A stretch of DNA of 63,205 nucleotides, counting the filler, from Chiloscyllium plagiosum (taxonomy: Eukaryota), in the NCBI RefSeq assembly GCF_004010195.1. It is 3 parts of one record of this genome, joined end to end, with 100 filler letters (N's around TTAATTAATTAA, not from the genome) between each part and the next. Parts side by side here need not be neighbours in the genome. Positions count along the whole stretch, not along the records: positions 49,616 to 63,205 come from NC_057716.1; 2 more parts are not named here. One strand, 5' to 3'. The notes beneath the pieces were generated by a model. The model saw only the letters and a list, made by a program, of their open reading frames with translations. It ran no database searches and was not told where the DNA came from. The translations under genes were made by a program, and so were the position numbers. Shown in pieces: positions 50,766 to 61,501 of this stretch. How positions within the stretch are numbered: the first letter of the stretch is position 1; each line of letters begins with the position of its first letter.

Positions 50766-53700
50766 AGAACAAAGAACAAAGAAAATTTACAGCCCAGGAA
50801 CAGGCCCTTCAGCCCTCCAAGCCTGAGCCGATCCAAATCTACTGTCTAAATCTGTCACCCAATTCCTAAGCATCTTTATCCCTCTGCTCCCCACTTACTC
50901 ATGCATCTGTCCAGATGCATCCTAAATGAATCTGCCGTGCCTGTCTCTACCATCTCTGCTGGTGTATCTCCCTTAAACTTTCCACCTCTCACCTTGAAAG
51001 CATGACCTCTCATTGTTGAATCCTTCACCCTGGGAAAAAGCTTGTCTCTATTCACCCTGTCTATACCCTTCATGATTTTATAAACCTCAATTAGGTCCCC
51101 CCTCAATCTCCTTTTTTCTAATGTAAACAAACCTAACCTACTCAACCTCTCTTCATAGCTAGCATCTTCCATACCAGGCAACATCCTCGTAAACCTTCTC
51201 TGCACCCTCTCCAAACCATGCACATCCTTTTGGTAATGTGGTGACCAGAACTGTACACAGTAGTCTAAATGCAGCCAAACCAATATCTTGTACAATTTTA
51301 ACATGACTTGCCAGCTCTTATACTCAACATCCTGCCCAACGAAAGCAAGCATACTTTTTGCCTTCATGACCACTCTATCCACCTGTGCAGCAACCTTCAG
51401 GGTACAATGGACCTTCACTCCCAGATCTCTCTGCCAATCAACTTTTCCCAAGGCTCTTCCGTTCATTGTATAATTCGCTCTAGAATTAGTCTTTCTTAAA
51501 TGCATCACCTCACATTTTTTTTTTTAGATTAGATTACTTACAGTGTGGAAACAGGCCCTTCGGCCCAACAAGTCCACACCGACCCGCCGAAGTGCAACCC
51601 ACCCATACCCCCACATTTACCCCTTTTAACCTAACACTATGGGCAATTTAGCATGGCCAATTCACCTGATCTGCACATCTTTGGACTGTGGGAGGAAACC
51701 GGAGCACCTGGAGGAAACCCACGCAGACACGGGAGAATGTGCAAACTCCACACAGTCAGTCGCCTGAGTCAGGAATTGAACCCGGGTCTCTGGCGCTGTG
51801 AGGCAACAGTGCTAACCACTGTGCCACCGTGCCGCCCACAACCATGCACATCCTTTTGGTCTATCCTGCACTATTTGTCTGGATTGAAATCCATCTGCCA
51901 CTTTTCCGCCCAACTCTCCAGTCTACCTATATTCTGCTGTATTCTTTGACAGTTCTTTTTGCTTTCTGTTACTCCACCAATCTTTGTGTCATCTGCAAAC
52001 TTGCTGATCATACCAACAGTGCCCTCTTCCAGATCATTTATGTATATCACAAACAACAGTGGCCTCAACACTGATCCCTGTGGAACACCACCTTTCTCCA
52101 TTTTGAGAAACTCCCTTCAACTACTACTCTCTGTCTCCTGTTGTTCAACCAGTTCTTTATCCACCTAGCTAGCACACCCTGCACACCATGTGACTCCACT
52201 TTCTCCATTAGTCTACCATGGGGAACCTTATCAAACGCCTTACTAAAGTCCATGTATATGACATCAACAGCTCTTCCTTCATCTACCAACTTGGTCATTT
52301 CCTCAACGAACTCTATTAAGTTGGCAAGGCACGATCTTCCCTGCACAAAACCATGTTGCCTATCACCGATAAGCCCATTCTTTTCTCAATATAAATAGAT
52401 CTCATCCCTCAGTACCCTCTCCAGCAACTTTCCCACCACCGACGTCAGGCTCACTGGTCTATAGTTACCCAGAATAACCCTACTACCCTTCTTGTACAGG
52501 GCGACAACATGAGCAACCCTTCAGTCCTCCGGCACCTCACCTGTATTTAAGGATGTCACAAAGATCTATCAGCATCCCAGCTATTTCCTCTCTCGCCTCC
52601 CTCAGCAACTTTGGATAGATCCCATCTGGTCCTGGGGATTTGTCCACCTTAATAACCTCTCACCTACCCAACACATCTTCCCTACTTAAGTCAACGTGAT
52701 TCAGACGAATCAAACTTCTATCCCTAATCTCAAGATTCATGTCCCTCTCCTCAGTGAACACTTATGTAAAGAAATCATTCAGAATCTTACTCATTCTCTC
52801 AGGTTCGACACACAGCCTTCCTTCATTATTCTTTAGTGGACCAATCCTAGTTACCCACTTGCTTCTTATTTAAGAATAAAATGCTTTGAGATTCTCCTTA
52901 ATTCTGCTCGCTAAAGCTACTTCATGACCCCTTTTAGCCGCTTGATTCCTCGTTTAAGACTTGCCCTACTCTTCCGATATTCCTCCAGGGTCCATTCTGT
53001 TCTTAGCTGCCTAGACCTAATGTACGCATCCCTTTTCCTCTTGGCTAGTGGTACAATTTCTCCTGTCATCCACGGTTCACGAATCTTGCCCTTCCTATCC
53101 TTTGTCTTCAACAGGACATGTCTATCCTGCACTATCATTAACATATCTTTGAGAACCTCCCACATATCAAATGTGGACTTCCCTTCAAATAGCTGTGTCC
53201 AATCCACATTTCTGAGTCCCTGCCTAATTTTGATATAATTAGCCTTGGCCCAGTTTAGTACTCTTCCCTTAGGACCACTCTCATCTTTATCTACGAGTAT
53301 TCTAAAACTTACAAAATTGTGGTCACTGTTCCCAAAGAAATCCTCCACTGCAACTTCTACCACTTGTCCTGGCTCGTTCCCCAGTAGCAGGTCCAATATG
53401 GCCCCTTCCCTCATCAGACTATTGACATTCTGCTCTAGAAAACTCTCCTGGACGCTTCTTACAAATTCTACCCCATCCAGACCTCTGACGCTAAGTGTAT
53501 CCCAGTCAATGTTGGGAAAATTAAATTCTCCCATCACCACTACCCTGTTGCCTCTACATCTATTCATAATCTGTTTATCTATTTGTTCTTCTATCTCACG
53601 GTCACTGTTGGGAGGCCTATAATACAGCCCCAACAATGTACCTGCACCTGCACCCTTCTTATTTCTCAGCTCCACCCATAATGCCTCACTACCCAAGACC

Positions 53701-54195
53701 TCCATCATGTCTTCCTTTAGCACAGCCATGATCTCATCCCTGTCCAGCAATGCAACTCAACCCCCTTCCCCCCCTCCCTTTTACTTCCCTCCCTGTCCTG
53801 GCTATAGTATCTATATCCTGGAACATTTAGTTGCCAATCATCATGCCCTTCCTTCAACCAAATCTCTGTGATTGCAATAACATCATACTCCCAGGCACCA
53901 ATCCAAGCCCTAAGTTCATCTGCCTTACACACTATACTCCTTGTATTAAAATAGATGCATTTCAGGCCACCAATTCTTTTGCGCTCACCTGCTGTCTGCC
54001 TACTCTTTCCTTTATTAATGCTATCTTCATGATTCTTACAGTCTCCAGTCTCCACCTCGCTGCCTACTTGTTTTCTTTCCTGGTTCCCAGTCCCCTGCCA
54101 CATTAGTTTAAAACCTCCCCAACAGCAGGAGCAAAAACTCCCCCAACGACATTGGTTCCGGTCTGGTTCAGATGTAGACCGTCCATTTTGTAATA
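50766..54195 (-). mobile_element. CR1 LINE: end of ORF1, essentially whole (disrupted) ORF2 and 3' UTR
   Basis: ORFs 53717..54103 and 52917..53750 (EN); 52065..52346, 51871..52101 (FADDTK) and 50876..51508 (RT). Tail tagaacaaagaacaaagaa. Confidence 0.96.
51515..51839 (-). mobile_element. HE1-type SINE with A-rich tail, inserted in the CR1
   Basis: Full-length reverse complement of the 40827 copy type. Confidence 0.94.
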
Positions 54196-54393
54196 GTCTG
54201 TAATAGACTTTGTCTGGTTTTTAGTTGCCGAGACTTTAGTGATGCTTCTTTTTTATTGGAGCCAAATGAATATATCATTTGGGTATCATCATGGCTCGGC
54301 TGGTAGACCGTAGTGAAGTGGCTTTTTCTGTCCATTTCTCATTCCCTGGACCCTTTAGTGAGATGCGCAGTGATTCCATTAGCTACTAACGTT

Positions 54394-55305
54394 ACATAGA
54401 ACATAGAACATAGAAGAATACAGCGCAGTACAGGCCCTTCGGCCCTCAATGTTGCGCCGATCCAAGCCCACCTAACCTACACTAGCCCACTATCCTCCAT
54501 ATGCCTATCCAATGCCCGCTTAAATGCCCATAATGAGGGAGAGTCCACCACTGCTACTGGCAGGGCATTCCATGAACTCACAACTCGCTGAGTAATGAAC
54601 CTACACCTAACATCTGTCCTATACCTACCACCCCTTAATTTAAAGCTATGCCCCCTTGTAATAGCTGACTCCATACGTGGAAAAAGATTCTCACTGTCGA
54701 CCCTATCTAAACCCCTAATCATCTTATACACCTCTATCAAGTCACCCCTAAACCTTCTTTTCTCCAATGAAAACAACCCCAAGTGCCTCAGCCTTTCCTC
54801 ATACAATCTTTCTACCATACCAGGCAACATCCTGGTAAACCTCCTCTGCACCCGTTCCAGTGCCTCCACATCCTTCCTATAGTATGACGACCAAAACTGC
54901 ACACAATACTCCAGATGTGGCCGCACCAGAGTCCTATACAACTGCAACATGACCACAATACTCCGGAACTCAATGCCTCTACCAATAAAAGCCAGTACGC
55001 CATATGCCTTCTTCACCGCACTATTTACCTGGGTGGCAACTTTCAAAGATCTGTCGTATCATCCGCAAACTTGCTCACCCAACCTTCTAACCCCTCCTCC
55101 AGGTCATTTATAAAAATGACAAACAGCAATGGTCCCAAAACAGATCCTTGCGGAACACCGCTAGTGACGGCACTCCAAGATGAACCTTTGCCATCAACTA
55201 CTACCCTCTGTCTTCTTCCAGCCAGCCAACTCCTAATCCAAACCTCCAACTCACCCTCAATGCCATACCTTCGTATTTTTTGCAGTAGTCTACCATGGGG
55301 AACCT
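54394..55305 (-). mobile_element. CR1 3' fragment with an internal deletion after FADDT
   Basis: ORFs 55043..55249 and 54477..55046. (CATAGAA)n tail. Confidence 0.93.
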
Positions 55306-55740
55306 ACGGGTACATGAACATGAAAACTCACAGAACTGAAACATGCGGCAATTTTATACCACCGTGTCAGTGTCTTTGAAGATGATGACACTCGTCAGTT
55401 GCAGTCAGTGTCCTTGCCACTACCTTCTCATTCACTCTTGATCTGTCTCTCATCTCAAGGGGGTGTGATGGAGACATTGGATGACCCTTTTACCCTCTTG
55501 CAAATGGCTGATTAATGTCCAGTTAAAGGCTATATTCTTCCTCCAATTATTTCTGCCACTGCACAGTCTCCAATGTCTGTGTGTGGTGATGAGCTATGGA
55601 AACTGCAAGTCTACACATCTGTGTTTTGATCAGTGTGTGCAGACCTTCCATTTAGGAAGGCACACCTTAGTCGCTCAGGGGAACACTGCTGAAGGACTTA
55701 TTCCTTTTCTGGAGTTATTTTAACCACAACAGGGAGGTAA

Positions 55741-56405
55741 TTTTTCTGCACTTCACTCAATCTTGCCTACTGTATTCACTGCTCACAATGTGGTCTCCTC
55801 TACATTGGTGACTGCTTTGTAGAACATCTGTACTCTGTTCACAAAAAAGACCCTGAGCTTCCAGTTGCCTGCCACTTCACCACTCCACTGAGTTCCCTTT
55901 CCAAAATCTCTGTCTCAGGCTTGCTGCAATGCTCCAGCAAAGATCAGCACAAGCTCGATGAACAGCACTTTATTTTCCACTTGCGGACTCTGCAAAGTCT
56001 GGGCTCAATATTGAGTTCAACAGTTTTAGAGCATCAACACCTTCTCCCATGTCTTTGACCCAATTCCCACACAATAGACCCTGTCATCACATGGGCTGCT
56101 GGCATTCTCATGCATCCCATTAGCAGCTATTCATTGACTCGGGCTAACCATTACTCATTCCTTTGTCAGCCCGACTGTTTTTCTCTCTGTCCGAACTCCA
56201 TCTCTACTTATTGTTTGCACCTTCCCCTCCTTCCCACCCCTCCTCTGGTATATATGCCAACCTTTTCCTCATTACAATCAGTTCTGAAGAAGGGTAACTA
56301 GACCTGAAATGTTAATTCTGCTTTCCCTCCACAAATGTTGCCCGACCTGCTGAGTTTTACCAGCAATTTCTGATTTTGTTTTGATTTCCAGCAACCACAG
56401 TTCTT
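55741..56405 (+). mobile_element. Old PLE 3' end: decayed GIY-YIG endonuclease plus pLTR (subfamily C)
   Basis: FCTSLNLAYCIHCSQCGLLYIG..EHL..PVACHF..EQHFIFHLRTL..GLNIEF. Motif gtt-CTGAAGA-A-GGGT.AACTAG.ACCT-GAAA-TGTT-aat at 56281-56316. Confidence 0.85.
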
Positions 56406-57744
56406 TAGTACTTTGTAATCTCTTGGAAGGTGGGTAGCCTCGTAGCTTTGACTGCATGAACTGGCATTGGCCAAGAATAGGGGTGGGTGGGGTTTGGACG
56501 TTGAAGGGTCTCCTGTGACCGTTGTAGGCATGTCTCCTTCTTCCAAGGTTGTACCTCACCTTTAACCCTCGCCACTACCACCCTGTCAAACTCTGGCCTC
56601 TCAACCAACCCATTGTCAGTCCCAGTAACCCCTCCCCTCTTACTCACTCTCTGGGGTCTGTCAGCCAAGTCTGGATGATACCCTCATGATATATTCAAGT
56701 AGTTCCATCAGTGATCACCACTGAAAGCAATCAAATTATCCAGCAGCACACTAAGGCAGGCTCCCCTCTACAGATGGGTGCACAGGTCTCAAACCTGGGC
56801 AATTATCTGTTGCCCTATTGTCCTCACTGTACTATCTCTTTGCCTTTCCAGTTGGCAACCTGTTACTAACTGAAGGATTTAGCCTACTGTTGTAAGCACA
56901 CCATAAAATACCATAGTCCAGCACAATCTGGTGCCATGTTTTTTATTTCTGATCTAAGAAGGAAGTTCCTTGCACAGATCGATGACTTGACCTATCCAAG
57001 TTTACTTGTGCAAAGTTGCGTTAGGATCTTTATTTTGTTGAAAAAGTGTTTCATCACCTTTGGCTTCTTACTAGTCAAATAGAGAGCAATTGTTTGGTTC
57101 TAGTTGCATCCCATTGGACACAGAGATCGATGACCACACATGGAAAATCTCAACAAGTAACTTTCTGATGCAACAAATATCTCAAGGCAGATGATGTTAT
57201 TTGTCATTGCCTGAAACACAAATTAACCTTTTCACAACGAGAATATTTACTGCATTCAATTCAACACACTCAGGGTTTTGGGTCACTAGGAAATTATAAG
57301 GAAGTATTTAATTCAGTCTTCAGGTGTCAGCCAGGATATAAGGGAAAGGGGCTGTGGAATCAGGAGGATGGATGAGGCATGAACTGTCCCGTGCTTTGTC
57401 AATTATTCCCCATCCCCAATTCAGTCACTGGTGGGGTATGTCAAGGATAGCCTTCCTGCCCCGAGGCCAGTTGAGGGCCCCCCGACCCCACCCCACCCTT
57501 CTGCCCCTAGTGGCATTACTGGGATTGAAGCCCTGTTGATCCTCAGAATGGCCAGCAGCTCTTGGAGATGGGGTTTCTGTCCTTAACATGATGAAAACCC
57601 GGACACTGGGCAGTTAACTGACTAATGCTCGAGCAATTATATTGGGGCTTCTGATAAATCTGATGATGGCTTTGATCATGGCTGTCCAGTCAGTGGATAG
57701 AACTATTGCCATTTAATTGACATTTTGAGCCCAATTTGATTTCT

Positions 57745-58120
57745 GTAAGACAAAGGAGCAGAGGTAGTCCATTTAGGCCATCAACTTTGTACTGCCAGTC
57801 AATCATATCATGGCTGATCTTGTCATCCTCAACTCTATTTTCCTGCCATTTCCCCATAACCCTTGATTCCCTTAGTGATTAATAATCCAGCCTTCAATAC
57901 ACTCAATGACCCAGCTTCAATAGCCCTCTGCAGTAAAGAATTCTACAGATTCACCACTCTCTGAAAGAAGAAATTCTTCTTCATTTCTCTTTGAGATGCG
58001 TGGCTCCTTATGCTAAGATGATGCCCTCTGGTCCTAGACTCTACCACAAGGGGGAACAACGTCTTCACATCAACACTATCAAACCCCCCAAGAATCCTGG
58101 ATGTTTCAATAAGGTCAAAG
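57745..58120 (-). mobile_element. LINE 3' fragment
   Basis: Antisense of the 5441-5865 / 49170 type of 3' end. Confidence 0.7.
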
Positions 58121-58774
58121 CAGATCCGCTGGCATACATGAATAAACTTGTGAAAGCTGTTTATTTTTAGTTTACTAATGTCTATCTGTGTTTATGGCAG
58201 AGAATGCAAAGTGTGTTTAATGCTTGCATAAGAGCAGTAAACATGTAAATCTGAACTGCTAAATAATTGATATGTAATGATTTGACTAACATTTTGGCAC
58301 CATTGTATCAATTTACATTATTAAATTCTGAAGCTCATTTGACCTTCTTTATTACTAAAAGTACAAATTAACCTTCAGATTCATGGTCCCTGATAGCAAA
58401 TGTGTTTTCTAAATAGGAAAACCCAAAGTTGATCACATTGAGTTATTTTGCATGAAAATTTCTTTCTGCTGTTGATTAAAACAGTCATCTTATAGTATGA
58501 CATGGCTGAGCAGCAAGAGTTGAAGAGGAGTCGGTTTTTAAAATGGTAAACATGAGTATGAAGGGTGTGTCTAAAGTCTAGATAGTATCAGAGGAAAATT
58601 AAAACCCAGTCCAAGATCCAACCACTGCTCTGTTTGGCATTCCCTAAACTTTAGGATGGATTGCTTGTACAGTAAACTAATACCAGAGCATAATTTTAGA
58701 ATTAAGTCTGTCACAACTTTGAAGATTTGACCAGGCTATGATGTAATAAAATCCACATTTCATCAGAACAAAAC

Positions 58775-61501
58775 CTGTGCAGTTACTGCCTTTGCTGGTT
58801 GAATTCATGTATCGCTGGACATCGGAGTGCATCTGGGAAAACTAACAAACAGTGAAATTCTTAGAGGAACCTGCTTGGGAGAGGTCACAACACAGGAACA
58901 GATAAGTGAATATTTTAGGTGTGGCCTTACAGTAGTCTGCAGTACTGAATAGATTGGGTTCTTTCTTGGTTATATGTTTTATTGAGATACATCTCTCGAT
59001 TGAATTTAAAGCATAAGCCATGAGTATTAAGTTAGCCTGGAGAGTGTTTTGTAGAGGAATAAGACAGTGCTATTTTCTGGGTCTGTAGATTGAAATAAGC
59101 AAAAATGGCCCATAGTAGAGTGATATGCTCTTCTTGTCAGATATGGGAGTTTAGGGAGAGTTTACATGTTACTGGGGATTATATTGCAGTAAATGCACTT
59201 GATTTCAAATCCTATCAGATCGAATGGATCAGTTGGAGAGACAGTTAAAGGCAATGAGGAATTTACAAGAGCAAGGAAATGTGATGGATGGCAGTTATAA
59301 GAAGGGAGAAAATTTGCAGATACAGGCACATAGATGGGTTAACTCCAGGAAAGGTAAGAGAGGTAGGCAGGTAGTGCAGGAGTCTTCTGTGGCTATCCCC
59401 ATTTCAAGCAAGAATGCAGTTTTGGAAAATGTAGGGGATGATCGATTCTCAGGGGAATGTTGCATGAACATCCAAGTTTCTGGTATTGAGACTGGCTCTA
59501 ACGCAATGAGGGGTGTGTCGGGTTCCAAGTGATCAATTGTGTTAGGGGAGTCTCTAGTCCGAGGCATAGACAGACGTTTCTGTGGCCAGCAGCGATAAAG
59601 CAGGATGGTGTGTTGCCTCCCTGGTGCCAGGATCAAGGATGTCTCAGAGAGGGTGCAGAATGTTCTCAAGGGGGAGAGGGACCAGCAGGAGGTCATTGTC
59701 CACATTGGAACCAACGACACAGGAAGGGAAAAGGTTGAAATTCTGAAGGGAGAATAAAGAGAGTTAGGCAGGAATTTTAAAAGGAGATCCTCGACAGTAG
59801 TAATACAGAAGAATCCTGATTATCTGAATATCAATCATCCAAATTGCAGATTATCAGAAGGAGATCTCAAGGTGCCGATAGAAACATTACATTAAAGAGG
59901 TGTTTCCAACACTGATCACATCTTTTGTTTACAGTGATTAAAAACAAACTCAACTTACTAAAATGCTGCCAAGAACAGTTCTGGACACCAATCGGATTCT
60001 AGACACCGTCTCGAAATGATTGACTGCCCGCCCTCTCGCTCTCTCTCTCTCCCCACACTTTCCCTGGAGTTCTACGAAGGGGTGTACCCTGAACTCCGCT
60101 TCTCCAGATAATCCCTCCAACATTGTCCTCTCCAAGGCAAAGGTGGAACTTGTCAAAACGTTGCAGTCAAACATTGTGTGTGTGCGGACGTGTATGTGTA
60201 TGTGTGTGCGCGCACGTGTCTGTGTGTGTGTGCGCGCACGTGTCTGTGTGTGTGTGCGCAAGTGTGTGTGTGTGTGTGTGTGTGTGCGCATGTTTTTTGG
60301 AGACTCACCATCCAAACGCAGCAGCAGTCTTAATGTTGGTGTCCAGTCTGGCTGCCCCGGGCAGGGGGTGTGGGGAGGGGTTGGACCCTGACGGCGGAGC
60401 ACAGGGAAGCAGGTGGATGGGTCGGACGGGGCACGGATGGAGGCGGTGGTTTGGAATGTGGGTGGGCGCAGGCGGGGGTGGAGGGGGGCAGGGGCAGACC
60501 CAGGGAGATAGTAAGGAAAGAGATCAATCTGAGACTGGTACAGTCAAGAAAAGAAACGAGTCAAGCAGTTAAGGCAGGCCAGGTCAAAGCAGAGAACAAG
60601 TAGGACTAATAAATTAAACTACTTTTATTTCAATACAAGAGGCTGAACAGGGAAGACAGATGAACTCAGGGCATGGTTAGGAACATGGGACTGGAATATC
60701 ATAGCAATTACAGGGATGGACAGGACTGGTAGCTTAATGTTCCAGGATGCAAATGCTACAGAATGGATAGAAATGGAGGTAAGAGAGAAGGGGGAGTGGC
60801 ATTTTTGATAAGGGATAGCATTACAGCTGTGCTGAGGGAGAATATTCCTGGAAATGCATCCAGGGAAGTTATTTGGGTGGAACTGAGAAATAAGAAAGGG
60901 ATGATCACTTTGTTGGGATTGTATTATAGACCCTCTAATAGTCAGAGGGAAATTGAGAAACAAATTGGTAAGGAGAACTCAGTTAACTATAAGAATAATA
61001 GGGTGATTCTGGTAGGGGATTGTAACTTTCCAAACATAGACTAGGACTGCCATAGTGTTAAGGGTTTAGATGGAGAGGAATTTGTTAAGTGTGTACAAGA
61101 AAATTTTCTGATTCGATACATGGATGTACCTACTAGAGAAAGTGTAAAACTTGATCTATTCTTGGGAAATGAGGCAGAGCAGGTGACTGAGGTGTCAGTG
61201 GTGGAGCACTTTGGGGCCAAAGAGCATAATTCTATTAGACTTAAAATAGTGATGGAAGAGCATAGACCAGAGCTAAAAGTTGAAGTTCTAAATTGGAATA
61301 GCGATAGATTGAATGAATCCTTAGAAGAGTATAAAGGCAGTAGGAGTATACTTAAGAGGGAGATCAGGAGGGAAGAAGGGGGACATGGGATAGCTTTGGC
61401 AAATAGAGTTAAGGAGAATTCAAAGGCATTTTACAAATACATTTAGGACAAAAGGGTAATTAGGGGGAGAATAGGGCCCCTCAAAGATCAGCAAGGCAGC
61501 C
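58775..61501 (+). mobile_element. CR1 LINE 5' half (5' UTR, ORF1 from about 59105, ORF2 EN about 60600-61500), split by an insertion at 59806 to about 60480
   Basis: ORF1 CSSC..CSKC zinc-finger/coiled coil and esterase GESLVRG..VCCLPGARI..HIGTND. EN GGVAFLIRD, YYRPSN, GDCNFPNID. Confidence 0.9.
59806..60480. mobile_element. Probable pogo/Tigger-like non-autonomous DNA transposon fragment, only one terminus visible
   Basis: Inserted right after TA (59804-59805). Begins cagaagaatcctgattatctgaa..attatc, resembling CAG-start Tigger-type termini. Contains a (GT/GC)n tract at 60175-60290. Confidence 0.5.

Noticed and set aside
59950..60572. ORFs rich in THTH/CVCV (also 42682-43078)
   Set aside because: Translations of dinucleotide microsatellites.
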